Origin: a plasmid | Reading direction: 5' to 3' (one strand) | DNA: 64,000 nt | Sequence record: NZ_CP027239.1 | In this document: positions 16,883 to 26,535 of the stretch, in pieces | Layout: each line of letters opens with the position of its first letter | How positions within the stretch are numbered: the first letter of the stretch is position 1 | Translations under genes and position numbers: made by a program | Notes under the pieces: model-generated | Told to the model about the DNA's origin: nothing | What the model saw: only the letters and a program-made list of their open reading frames with translations | Database searches by the model: none

Positions 16883-18901
16883 ATGTGTCGATCCCAGCAC
16901 GAACCCGGCGGGCCACGCTCCTGCCCGAAAGAGCCCGGCGACACCGTCGTCATGGCAACCCAGCGCGTCCAACAGCTCATCGACCGCAAACTCGAGCTCG
17001 AAGCCGAACTCGCACTGATCAACAGTGGCCTCCTCGACGGCGACCACACCCAGGCCACCCAGAAGCTGGCCGCGACGATCGAAGACGTCACCGCCGCTGA
17101 CATCGCCCTGCGCGAGGCACACGCTGCCGCTGACGCCGTCGCCGCCCACAACGCCGCCCCTGGCAGCGCACTGGCGCACCTGAGCGACGACGAGCTACGC
17201 CAACACATCGACGACCGCGTCAGCGCTGACGAGTACACCGAACTCCTCGCCGTCCGCGATGCCGCCCGTGAGCATCGGGATGCCACCGCGAAGGCCTACG
17301 CGGACGCCATGTCCGCCGCCGGCGACGACGACCCCGACGCCCTGCACAAGCTGGCGCAGGCCCGAACCGACGCCTACGACGCGCACTGCGCCTACCTGGA
17401 AGCCAACGCCCCGGTCGAGGAGTACAAGGACGTCACCGCCCAGGCGGCAGCCGAGCTCGGTCGCCGCAACCCGGTCCCCGAATGGGAAGGCGAGCAGCTG
17501 GGGAACTGCTACAAGCAAGGCCACTACGAACCCGGAACGCGGGAGTGGCTCGAGGCTCGTCAGTCAGGGATCGGCGGATCAGATGTCGGGCCGATCCTGG
17601 GCATCGACCACCACGGGCGCAGCACCACCGACATCAAGAACTCCAAGCTGACCGAGATCAGCGACGCCGAACTCGAGGCGCAGGCGATCTCGCTGCAGTC
17701 CGCCAGTGGCCCGCTGGGCCGCGGGCACGCCTGGGAACCGGTCATCGTTCGGCAATTCGCCGACGACCACCCGGACCTGACGGTGATGAGCGCCAAGGCC
17801 ACCTGGCGCAACGACGACGTGCCGTACTCCGTCGTCAACGTCGACGCGGTGCTGTCCAGCGACGGCGGTGACACCGTCGACGGGATCTTCGAGAGCAAGA
17901 CCGGCTCCGACGCCGCCCAGTGGGCAGACGGGCCGCCCCCCGGATACCGGGCCCAGCTGGCTCAGTACCTGCACACCACCGGCCTCAAGTACGGGGTGAT
18001 CGCTGCGCGCATCGACGACCGCGAGACCCGCTACTACCGGATCAGCGTGGACGAACCGATCGTCGAGGGCGGCAAGCCAATCGCCGAGCACCAGGAGAAG
18101 CTGGCCTCCACCTGGAAGCGGTGGGAAGCCGAACGCCAGGACCCGCCCGGGCCGCGCCCCAACAAGGGCACCTTCTCCTGGGTGAAGAACCCCGGCACCG
18201 CCTCGTCTATGGAAAAGAACGCGACCACCGCACGCGACCTGGCCGCCTACCGCGGCATCAGCCAGGAGAAGGCCGCATCCCTGATCCAGGACGCCGTCTA
18301 CGCGGGCAAGAACCCCGATCATGCGGTGCGGGACCTGTACGCGAGCTACGACCCGGCCACCGATCCCGACCGCCGCTACGTCACCGTCGACTTCGAAACC
18401 AACTCGCGCTCCGCCAGCAAGGGGCAGATCATCCAGACTGGTGTGGTCGTCACCGACGGCCGCGGCAAAGTCGTCGAGCGGATCGACTCCCTGCACGGCA
18501 TCGACCCCCGCATCCGAGACAGCCAGGGCACCGGCGCCACCAGCGTCCACGGCATCACCCCGGCCATGGTCGATGGCCACACCCCGTTCGACCAGTCCGT
18601 GCAGCGCAAGCGGCTCGCGACACTGCTGGCCGACCCCAAGACCACGCTGGTGGCGCACAACGCGAGCTTCGAGAAGTCGTGGATCCGCTCCCACGGCATC
18701 CCCACCCCTCGCATCATCGACACGATGCGCCTGCGGCAGCGGTTCGACCACGGCACCGTCGGCTCCACCAACGCTGACTTCTGCCAAGCCAACGGCGTCG
18801 ACTACGTCAACGGCCACAACGCGGCTGCTGACGCCGACATGACCAGCCGGGCCCTGCACGGGTTCATGCGCCGGCTGTTCCACACGCCCCCCGGCTTCTG
18901 A
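16883..18901 (+). CDS. fusion of YqaJ-type PD-(D/E)xK recombination exonuclease and DnaQ-like DEDDh 3'-5' exonuclease
   Basis: Middle region 'REWLEARQSGIGGSDVGPILG...ESKTG' is YqaJ/lambda-exo-like. C-terminus 'YVTVDFETNS...LVAHNASFEKSWI...GHNAAADADMT' carries Exo I/II/III of epsilon-type proofreading exonucleases. Start may be ATG 16883 or ATG 16952 (MATQRV). Confidence 0.7.
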   Translation: MCRSQHEPGGPRSCPKEPGDTVVMATQRVQQLIDRKLELEAELALINSGLLDGDHTQATQKLAATIEDVTAADIALREAHAAADAVAAHNAAPGSALAHLSDDELRQHIDDRVSADEYTELLAVRDAAREHRDATAKAYADAMSAAGDDDPDALHKLAQARTDAYDAHCAYLEANAPVEEYKDVTAQAAAELGRRNPVPEWEGEQLGNCYKQGHYEPGTREWLEARQSGIGGSDVGPILGIDHHGRSTTDIKNSKLTEISDAELEAQAISLQSASGPLGRGHAWEPVIVRQFADDHPDLTVMSAKATWRNDDVPYSVVNVDAVLSSDGGDTVDGIFESKTGSDAAQWADGPPPGYRAQLAQYLHTTGLKYGVIAARIDDRETRYYRISVDEPIVEGGKPIAEHQEKLASTWKRWEAERQDPPGPRPNKGTFSWVKNPGTASSMEKNATTARDLAAYRGISQEKAASLIQDAVYAGKNPDHAVRDLYASYDPATDPDRRYVTVDFETNSRSASKGQIIQTGVVVTDGRGKVVERIDSLHGIDPRIRDSQGTGATSVHGITPAMVDGHTPFDQSVQRKRLATLLADPKTTLVAHNASFEKSWIRSHGIPTPRIIDTMRLRQRFDHGTVGSTNADFCQANGVDYVNGHNAAADADMTSRALHGFMRRLFHTPPGF

Positions 18902-18940
18902 CCGAAGCCGCCCGGCATGACCCGCTGAGACGATAAGCGC

Positions 18941-19483
18941 ATGAGCGACGACGAGCAGCCCCCGCTCGAGCACGCGTACGCGGTACTGCAGTACGCGAGC
19001 TGGCGGGCGGCCAACCCCGGCCGCGGTGTGCCCGCGGGGTTCGTCACCGACAGCGGGTTCGCACTGGGGACCTGGGTCCGCAGGATGCGCGCCGCCCGCC
19101 GGGCCGGAACACTAACCGCCGGCAGGGTGCACGAGCTCGACGAGCTCGGCTTCACCTGGAGCGGCGACGAGGACCGCAGACTCGGACGAAACCTACGCTC
19201 GGCGCACCGCTGGTCCGAGATGCTGGGAGAGCTGGACGCGTACCTCGCCGAACACGGCGATGTCATCGTCCCCGCCAAGTACGTCACCCCGTCTGGAAAC
19301 CGTCTCGGCGCGTGGCTGTCCACCCAGCAGCGCGCGTGGCGCCGCGGCGCCCTGGCTGAGGAACGACGCGCTGACCTACACCGCAGGGGAGTGCGCCCTA
19401 CCCGCGACGAGACCCTGCAGGCCGCCCTAGACCGCAGTCCGGTTCTGGCCGTGCATGATCCAGTCCGACGCCACCTGCCGTGA
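18941..19483 (+). CDS. helicase-associated (HA) domain protein, standalone
   Basis: Two copies of the HA-domain pattern (LGTWVRRMRAARRAGTL...LDELGFTW; LGAWLSTQQRAWRRGAL...LHRRGV). Confidence 0.55.
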   Translation: MSDDEQPPLEHAYAVLQYASWRAANPGRGVPAGFVTDSGFALGTWVRRMRAARRAGTLTAGRVHELDELGFTWSGDEDRRLGRNLRSAHRWSEMLGELDAYLAEHGDVIVPAKYVTPSGNRLGAWLSTQQRAWRRGALAEERRADLHRRGVRPTRDETLQAALDRSPVLAVHDPVRRHLP

Positions 19484-19504
19484 CCACCACGACCTGGGAG
19501 AGAA

Positions 19505-20164
19505 ATGCCTACTGCCTCCGCTGACCAGCCGTCGCTGCTGACCAGCCGCAAAGCCGCGGCCGAGTGGTGGCTCGACACCGCTGGCCGTGCCGCGCTGACC
19601 ATCGCCGACGCCCGGCGCCCCGCCGCTGTGCTGATCGCACCCGACGGTGATGTCGTGGTCGACGGTTCACCGCGGACGGAAAAGCGCCGGCCCCGCAATC
19701 TCAAGGTCCCCCAGAAGTACGTCAAGAGCCTCGCCGGCACCGACGAAGGCACCTGGCGGGCCGCCCACGCTGTGGCCGCGTCCCGCTGGTCCACCCGCCG
19801 CGACTCCATCCCCACCTTCACCATCCTGCTGACCGTGATGGCCCTGAGCATCGCGACCACCACCAGCGCTGGAAGCATCCCCACGATCGCCGGGTGGATC
19901 GCCGCAGCAGCGTGCGCCGCGATCGCAGTGGCCATCGCTGTGCACTCCCGGCGCAGCGCCGTGACCATCGTCCAGACCAGCGACCAGCAGGCCACCCGCA
20001 TTGCCGGCATCGACGCCGCCCGCGCGGTGTTGGGAGACAACGAGGACCAGGAGCTCTACAAGACTGCGTTGCACCAATGGCGAGCAGAGCGTGATCCGAT
20101 GCGGCCACGCAATCGTCTCACCAGGCTCGAGGAGTCGCTCGCCGGCGCCAGCGCGGAGGAGTGA
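19505..20164 (+). CDS. membrane protein, hypothetical
   Basis: RBS GGGAGAG. Two TM helices (FTILLTVMALSIATT / IAGWIAAAACAAIAVAIAV). Confidence 0.45.
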   Translation: MPTASADQPSLLTSRKAAAEWWLDTAGRAALTIADARRPAAVLIAPDGDVVVDGSPRTEKRRPRNLKVPQKYVKSLAGTDEGTWRAAHAVAASRWSTRRDSIPTFTILLTVMALSIATTTSAGSIPTIAGWIAAAACAAIAVAIAVHSRRSAVTIVQTSDQQATRIAGIDAARAVLGDNEDQELYKTALHQWRAERDPMRPRNRLTRLEESLAGASAEE

Positions 20165-20712
20165 TGAGCGCCGGCCGGAATGCTGGGTCGTCCCTGCTGG
20201 ACCGAGTGACCACGGTCAATGAGGACGGTCAGCGGCAGCTGGCACCGTTTGTGATGCCTCTGTTCGTGATCGTCGTGCTCAGTTTCATTCTGCTGTTCAC
20301 CCTGGGCCGGTGCGCTGTCGACACCGTTCACTCCATCACTGAGGAGCCCGAGCAGCGCCCGATGGTGACCCCGTCGTTTGAGCTCCCCGCGCCCCGCGGC
20401 TGCGGCGAAGTCAGTGACACCGTGATGGCCGCTATCGAGCAGGAGCTGCGGGATCCACGCATGCGGGTGGCGCGCGCGTACTCGCACGAGCGTGACGATG
20501 GGGTGCAGGCGATCGGGGTGACGATTCAGCGGGACGATCGCGCGATCCAGGCGGTCGCAGCGATCTTCGCAGCCGACCACACCGGCAAGCTGTTCTCCCT
20601 GTCATCGGATGCGCGGCAGATGTCGCGGTTGCCAGACGGTCGAGAGACGCTGCGGATGACCCCGGTCGACGATGAGGCGCAGATAGTGAACTCGTGCCTG
20701 CGGGACCAGTGA
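20161..20712 (+). CDS. membrane protein, hypothetical
   Basis: ATGA overlap with the upstream gene. TM 'FVMPLFVIVVLSFILLFTL'. Confidence 0.45.
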   Translation: MMSAGRNAGSSLLDRVTTVNEDGQRQLAPFVMPLFVIVVLSFILLFTLGRCAVDTVHSITEEPEQRPMVTPSFELPAPRGCGEVSDTVMAAIEQELRDPRMRVARAYSHERDDGVQAIGVTIQRDDRAIQAVAAIFAADHTGKLFSLSSDARQMSRLPDGRETLRMTPVDDEAQIVNSCLRDQ

Positions 20713-20817
20713 CACACGCGGGCAGCACGCCCGTTCCGTCACCGTGACGTTAGGGCAGGTCAGCGTGGGGACTGGACGTGCTGCCGCTTCTGCTGGGGGC
20801 TCGTCGCCGCTCTCGCA

Positions 20818-21414
20818 CTACTCCAGTTCGGAGGCCGGCACGTCGCTCATCAGCGTGTCGACCGGTTCAACAACCCCGTCAGAGACAGGGTCGGAGTCGG
20901 CAGTGGGGGCTTCGATCTCGCCGCGTCGAGTCAGTACTCGCCAGGCCCGCTGGGCACGGGGCTTAGCTTCTTCTTCTGCCCAGCGGCGCACGCGCGGCCT
21001 GGTCGCAACGGCGGCTCCACCGACGAGGACTAGCGCCGTCACCCCGAGCGCGACCGGGGCCCAGGAGCGGGAGTGCGGCGGCATCTCCGCCTGACCCTCG
21101 AACTCACCCTCGACGTCGATCAGCTCGACAGGTTCGCCACTTGAACCGGCATCGGAGGCGGAAGCTGCGATGTCGGCGTTGAGGGCCTCGGCGATGCTCT
21201 CGTCCCACGTTCGGACGGTCCAGGCGCGGTTGTAAGACTGGTAGCCGCCGGTTCCACGCTCGTAGTAGGTCTCTGAACCGAACTGCTTGCCCTTGTCGGT
21301 CAAGCCGTAGTCGCCGGGCCCTCCGTCCAGGTATCCGTGCTCGAAAAGAAGCGCATTCATCTCGCGCGCCGTCTTTCCCATGCCTCTACCGATGTCCTGA
21401 GCGGATCTTCCCAT
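20818..21414 (-). CDS. hypothetical protein with C-terminal TM segment
   Basis: 198 aa. AT-rich promoter-like DNA upstream. Alternative start at ATG 21381. Confidence 0.45.
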   Translation of the reverse strand: MGRSAQDIGRGMGKTAREMNALLFEHGYLDGGPGDYGLTDKGKQFGSETYYERGTGGYQSYNRAWTVRTWDESIAEALNADIAASASDAGSSGEPVELIDVEGEFEGQAEMPPHSRSWAPVALGVTALVLVGGAAVATRPRVRRWAEEEAKPRAQRAWRVLTRRGEIEAPTADSDPVSDGVVEPVDTLMSDVPASELE

Positions 21415-21627
21415 AAAGAAATAGTACTCGTACGCGATGGGGAGCCCAGCGGTTCACCTCGCGCGAGCGCCCGGCGCGAGTCGGCGGCAGCCACCGACAC
21501 CGCCAGCTACGCTGGAAGCCTGCCAGAATGACGGCACGGCACTGACACCGGACGGGCACGCTGACAATCTTGTCGGCAGCCAGGATGGCACACCGAAGCG
21601 ACGTTGCCGCTGCTAGTCCTGCCCCTT

Positions 21628-21653
21628 TGATGGATAATGTTTATTATCCATCA
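21628..21653. promoter_or_regulatory. perfect palindrome TGATGGATAAT-gttt-ATTATCCATCA
   Basis: 11-bp perfect arms, 4-nt spacer, AT-rich inside roughly 70% GC DNA. Seen directly in the sequence. Operator- or origin-like. Confidence 0.5.
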
Positions 21654-21699
21654 CGCTGCTGACCCTTCCCGAGATGCCGTCGGGCCGCCACCGTGTCGG

Positions 21700-21760
21700 T
21701 TGCCAAACAGTTTGTCAGTTTGCCAAACCGGTGTCAGCAGCGTGCCACGAGTTTGTCAGT
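21700..21760. repeat. iteron-like direct repeats (TGTCAG x3 at about 20-bp spacing; AGTTTGTCAGT x2; TTGCCAAAC x2)
   Basis: TGTCAG at 21713, 21732, 21754. 11-mer AGTTTGTCAGT at 21709 and 21750. TTGCCAAAC at 21700 and 21720. Confidence 0.45.
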
Positions 21761-21970
21761 GGTGGCTGCAAGTCTGGCAAGCAATACGGCGCGGATGTAG
21801 CGTCCCCGATCGAGCTAGCGACCTGTTGAGTTCGACGCAAGAGTCGGATCTGTCTTCCCCTGACCGCGCGATGCCCTCAATCTTCTTGACGAGCCGCCAA
21901 TCCATTCCCTTTTCAGGATCGGTAGACGGATACGCGCCGCGCCTACGGAGAAAGGGCACGGCGGCCCTGG

Positions 21971-22727
21971 CTATTTCTTGACGCCGCTGAGGTTCTTCTT
22001 GATGAGAATCTGGGCTACAAGGTGTCCAGACCCGCCGTTGAGTCCGGCGCCGGGGTGCGTGGAGGCACCGACGTGCCAGACTCGGGGCACGTGCGTCTGG
22101 TGCGAGGCGTGCGGCAGTGGTCGCCATAGGAGGTTCTGGTCCAGCTCCGACGAACCGCTGTACGGGTCGCCCTTGACGGCATTGGGGTTAGCTGCGGCCA
22201 GCTCCGGTGGAGTGATGGTGTCGATTTTGAGGATGGTAGAGGTCAAGCCTGGCGCGTGCTCCTCGAGCCTGTTCAGGACGCGGTCAACATAGGCTGCGGT
22301 CGTTTCTTGTGACCAGGTGCCGTCGACATCGATGGTTCCTCCGGCGTCGCCACGCGGTTGCCAGGGTGCTTCCTGCAGTTGAAGCCAGAGGGCACCTTTG
22401 CCTTCGGGCACACGGTCCGGATCCAGGATCTGCTGGCGGCCGACAACGATTGTCGGTTCGGTGGGAAGGAGGCCGGCGTCAGCTTGCGCGCATGCGATTC
22501 CGGTGCTCGCCGAGCCATCGCTGACGTGAACGAGTGGAACGTCGGAAAGTCGTTCGTCCGCGAACTTCAGGGGCCGGTCCAGGGCGACATGAATTTGGAT
22601 GGCCGCCCGACCGTACCGGTACTGCTGTGCTTCTCGCTGGATTCTCGGTGGGACGTCACTGAGCAGCGTCCCGTACAGTGCTTGCGGTGTGACGCTGGCG
22701 AGTACAGCGTGACGTGCGCTCACTAGC
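21971..22727 (-). pseudogene. CrtI/phytoene-desaturase-family FAD oxidoreductase, C-terminal fragment (disrupted by IS)
   Basis: Frame continues seamlessly across the IS: ...GVVTDKG|LVSARHAVLASVTPQALYGTLL... C-terminus 'GASTHPGAGLNGGSGHLVAQ' is typical of the family. Confidence 0.7.
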
Positions 22728-23809
22728 TGTACTGACCACGGACGTTGTGTCACTGGTCGGCATGGCGGGCTGACATAAGGAAGACCTCCGTGTGAGGTGT
22801 GAAAGCGACAAAGCAACCACACTCACAACGGAGGTCTTCATGTCCCACGGTAACGCCCCGCTGACTCCGACGGGCAGGCTGCGTCTGGCCCGGTGTGTCG
22901 TCGAGGACGGCTGGACCCGTGTCCGTGCTGCCGAGCGGTTCAACGTCTCGGTGGGCACCGTGCGCAAGTGGGTCAACCGGTATCGCGAGTACGGCAAGGA
23001 CGGCATGGTCGATCGCTCCAGCCGGCCCCACCACAGCCCGGGCCGGACACCGCGGCGGCGGGAGCGGCGGGTGATCGGCCTGCGCGTGTCCCGCCGGTGG
23101 GGGCCGGCCCGGATTGCCTACCACCTGGGCATGCAGCCCTCGACCGTGCACAAGATCCTGTCCCGCTACGGCTGTCTGCGCCTGTCGTTCACCGACCCGG
23201 CCACCGGCGCCCCGGTGCGTGCCGGCAAGCGGCAGGTGCGCCGCTACGAGCACGAGGCACCGGGCGATCTGGTGCACGTGGACATCAAGAAGCTCGGCCG
23301 CATCCCCGATGGCGGTGGTCACAAGGTCCTCGGCAGAGCCAAGGGAAAGCGCAACAGCAAGCGTCGAATGGGCTACTGGTACATCCACAACGCTGTCGAT
23401 GACCACTCGAGGCTGGCTTATAGCGAGCTGCTGGAAGATGAGCGCAAGGAGACCGCGGCCGAGTTCTGGAAGCGGGCCGAGGCCTTCTTCGCCGATGCCG
23501 GTATCACCGTGCGCCGGGTCCTGACCGACAACGGCAGCTGCTACCGCTCCCATGCCTTCGCCGACGCCCTCGGAACCGAGGTCACGCACAAGCGCACTCG
23601 CCCGTACCGGCCGCAGACCAACGGCAAAGTCGAGCGCTACAACCGCACGATGCTCGAGGAATGGGCCTACGCCGAACCCTATTCCTGCGAAGCCGACCGC
23701 GCGGCACGTCTACCGGCCTTCCTGCACCACTACAATTTCCACCGCGGCCACACCGCGCTAAGAGGCGCCTCACCCGCAGACCGCGTACACAACCTGCGTG
23801 GACAGTACA
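22728..23809 (+). mobile_element. IS481-family insertion sequence (1082 bp)
   Basis: Ends TGTACTGACCACG / CGTGGACAGTACA (13-bp IR, 1 mismatch). Flanked by a 6-bp direct duplication ACTAGC (22722-22727 and 23810-23815), matching the NCTAGN target preference. Single DDE transposase ORF. Confidence 0.8.
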
Positions 23810-23814
23810 ACTAG
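22840..23814 (+). CDS. IS481-family DDE transposase
   Basis: 324 aa. N-terminal HTH (ARCVVEDGWTRVRAAERFNVSVGTVRKWVNRYRE), DDE core (HVDIKKLG...LTDNGSCYRS...YRPQTNGKVERYNRTM). RBS ACGGAGG. TAG stop lies in the duplicated target CTAG, just outside the IS end. Confidence 0.85.
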   Translation: MSHGNAPLTPTGRLRLARCVVEDGWTRVRAAERFNVSVGTVRKWVNRYREYGKDGMVDRSSRPHHSPGRTPRRRERRVIGLRVSRRWGPARIAYHLGMQPSTVHKILSRYGCLRLSFTDPATGAPVRAGKRQVRRYEHEAPGDLVHVDIKKLGRIPDGGGHKVLGRAKGKRNSKRRMGYWYIHNAVDDHSRLAYSELLEDERKETAAEFWKRAEAFFADAGITVRRVLTDNGSCYRSHAFADALGTEVTHKRTRPYRPQTNGKVERYNRTMLEEWAYAEPYSCEADRAARLPAFLHHYNFHRGHTALRGASPADRVHNLRGQYN

Positions 23815-24642
23815 CCCTTTGTCGGTAACGACTCCGGTAGCCTGCTGGTCGGCCACGGTGATGGATTCAGCAGTTCTGCCGGTCATCACCGTTACTCCGA
23901 GCTCGGCGAACAGGCTCTCGAAGGCGGCCACGAAGTTTCCTGCGCCGCCAGCCACGATGGGCAGACCAAATCCGTGCATCGTGGCGGCGAGGACCGGGAT
24001 CATCATCCCGCCGGAAGCGTTGTCGGGCGACATCCCGGCGTGCAGTAGCCATGGCGCCCAGATTTGGTCCGCTTCGGTACCGTTGAACCGTGCCCTTGTG
24101 AATGACCGCCCGCTGGTCAGTGCGTCGCGGGCGAGCATTTCAACACCGTCGAGTTTCTGCTTGCGCAGTGCATCGAAACCCAGCTTCGCAAGGGTCTTCT
24201 TCGATCGCAGGTCTGACCCGAGGGCCCCGAACACTGTGCCTGAGCGTGCCCCCATCTCATCCAGCATCGCCACGTACGCATCTTGGTCGTGGGCTTCGGC
24301 GAACCCTTCGGCCGTGCGCTGGGGGTCTCGATAAGCGACCGAGGTAAGGTCGCGGGCGACGCTCCCAGTGAGGGCAGCGTCGGTGTTTCGATACTCGAGT
24401 CCGTGCGCATGGAGTTTGTCGCCGATTGCGGCGTAGGCGCCGCCGGAGACGAAAAGCGGATGCCAAGAAGAATAGATGTCATGTTCATATCCGGGCAGCG
24501 TTCGTTCGCCTGAGGCAATGAATCCACCTAGATTCTCATTGCGTTCAATGATCGCTACACGCCAGCCAGCCAAACCGAGCTCGGCGGCCGCGACGAGGCC
24601 ATTTACGCCAGATCCGATCACAACTGCGTCAAAAGGTTCCAT
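23810..24642 (-). pseudogene. CrtI-family FAD oxidoreductase, N-terminal fragment (disrupted by IS)
   Basis: Rossmann 'FDAVVIGSGVNGLVAAAELGLAGWRVAIIERNENLGG' near the N-terminus (ATG 24642; ORF extends to GTG 24663). Confidence 0.7.
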
Positions 24643-25183
24643 GATCTGTGCTCTCGCTTCCACTCGTTCCGCTGGCTCCAGGCTGCGTGTTGCAACCTCG
24701 GGCTGACTCTCCTTGGCGACGTCGGAGCGCCTGTTGAATCAGGCGGGCTGAGCACTCGACATGTGATGGGTACCGTTCAACCGCTCGTGCCCGACGCGTG
24801 TTCGATTGCTGATCGTCAAGTGCAGGAGTTCTGTGTTCAATGATCGGGCACCGGCGGCGTTCCCGCGGTCGATTTCGTGCATCGGGTCGGTCTTCGGCGG
24901 AAAGTGGCCGGAGCGCCGCGGAATTTGGCTGTGACGCGCATCTCCAGGGATCCTAACGTGAGATGCAGCGCACTGGCCTGCGGGTTTAAGAGGAGCCGAG
25001 TTCGGTCAGAAGAAGCTATTCCTGATTATGCAGACGGTGAAACACCGCATAGGAGGAATTGGCCATGGCAAAAGTGCCTACCGCACGCAGTGATCATCGC
25101 TCTCTGGCACCGAGGAACGGCAGTCGCTCGCGGCGTCGCGGTCGCGGACCACTTGGTGGACCGTCCGCTGTGTGCCTGGGTGC

Positions 25184-25501
25184 TCAGTAAGCGGCGCCGA
25201 GCTCAATTAGGAGTACGCCGCCGACAATGAGGATGACGCCGAGCCCCATCAACCAGGTAAGGGGCTCCCTGAACAGGAAACGGCTGATGATCGCCGTCAA
25301 CGCCACCCCAGAGGCGGCCCAAATTCCGTAGGCGACACCGAGAGCCATGCCGGCGGCCAACGCCAACGACAGCATCGTGAACGCCAGTAAGTACCCGACG
25401 GCCACGCCCGCGTACCAGAGCTTTTTGTCCACAGCGATGCGCAGTGAGATAGTGCCGAACACCTCAAATGCGATGGCGGCGATGAGAAAGAGCCAGGTCA
25501 T
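25184..25501 (-). CDS. SMR-family small multidrug-resistance transporter subunit
   Basis: 105 aa, 4 TM, conserved membrane-embedded Glu (IAFEVFGT). ATGA overlap with the upstream SMR paralog, so a heterodimeric pair. Confidence 0.75.
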   Translation of the reverse strand: MTWLFLIAAIAFEVFGTISLRIAVDKKLWYAGVAVGYLLAFTMLSLALAAGMALGVAYGIWAASGVALTAIISRFLFREPLTWLMGLGVILIVGGVLLIELGAAY

Positions 25502-25863
25502 CGGGCCACCTCGCCCTTCTTGTTCTTGTGTCCCATCTGGGCGCCGAGTTCCACACACAGCACTCCACCGATTACGACGACGGTGCCGATACTCATCAGC
25601 GTGGTCAGCGGCTCATTGAAAAACACCATCGACAACAATGCCGTCAACGCGACCCCGGATGCGCCCCAAATACCGTAGGCGACACCAAGGGCCATTCCTG
25701 TGCGCAGTACCAGAGCCAGGAACACGAACGCCCCCACATAGCCGATCACGACGACCGCATAGAGAGCAGGCGCATTAAGCGCGGCCTTCAGTGACAGCGA
25801 TCCCGCGACCTCCAATAGGATCGCGCCGACCAGCAACAGCCACCCCTTCGCTTGTCGGCTCAC
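25498..25863 (-). CDS. SMR-family transporter subunit (paired)
   Basis: 121 aa, 4 TM, 'LLEVAGSLSLK'. GTG start overlapping the TetR stop (GTGA). Confidence 0.75.
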   Translation of the reverse strand: MSRQAKGWLLLVGAILLEVAGSLSLKAALNAPALYAVVVIGYVGAFVFLALVLRTGMALGVAYGIWGASGVALTALLSMVFFNEPLTTLMSIGTVVVIGGVLCVELGAQMGHKNKKGEVAR

Positions 25864-26387
25864 TTTGCCCCACCTTCGTCCAGCAATCTCATCGCAGCCG
25901 AATACACTGCGTCTTCCTCATCCCCGCGAACCGCCTGAATGCCAAGTCCTTTGTTGAACCACGCCCCGTCAGCCAGGAGCCTGGCGGCCCGCAGCGCACC
26001 ACGCTGCCGGGGTGTCCCTGTGATCTCGGTCCCGAACCACGGGTCCATGCGTTGCGTCCACTGGGCTGCCAGCATTTCCCTCAGTCGGACGTCGACCAGC
26101 AGCGCAAGGTCGCTCTGGTCGAACTCTCCCGTCACCGCGTGCTCCACGTAGGCTCGCAATCTTTCGGCTGGGCTGCTGTCCTCTCCTGCCTGCTTGCGCA
26201 GCACTGTCAACCACCGATCTGCGATCCGGTCCACCACCGCCAGCACCAATGCCTCCTTAGTTTCAAAGTGGTGCACTACCCCTGGCTTCGTCAGGCCAGC
26301 CTCGCGCGCAACAGCATCGATCGCGAACGGCTCACCACGGCGCAGCACTTCGATCGCATCATCAAGAATCTCCGGTTTCGTGGCCAT
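25860..26387 (-). CDS. TetR-family transcriptional regulator
   Basis: N-terminal HTH 'ILDDAIEVLRRGEPFAIDAVAREAGLTKPGVVHHFETKEAL'. 175 aa. Confidence 0.8.
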   Translation of the reverse strand: MATKPEILDDAIEVLRRGEPFAIDAVAREAGLTKPGVVHHFETKEALVLAVVDRIADRWLTVLRKQAGEDSSPAERLRAYVEHAVTGEFDQSDLALLVDVRLREMLAAQWTQRMDPWFGTEITGTPRQRGALRAARLLADGAWFNKGLGIQAVRGDEEDAVYSAAMRLLDEGGAK

Positions 26388-26535
26388 GCCACCACCCTAC
26401 CGACCATATGGTAGGTCAGAGAGCTTCGACCGTCGTGGGCTCCAGATAGCCGGGTCGGAGTCGCTGTTGAGGATCGTCCAACGCGACAGCGATCCTCTGC
26501 TCGTGGACAGAAACGCGATCCGACAATGAGCCGAC

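Noticed and set aside
22800-23830. Alternative IS ends based on a shared CGACAAAG 8-mer near both sides of the transposase gene
   Set aside because: Surrounding bases do not match. The TGTACTG..CAGTACA ends with the ACTAGC duplication explain the gene disruption exactly.
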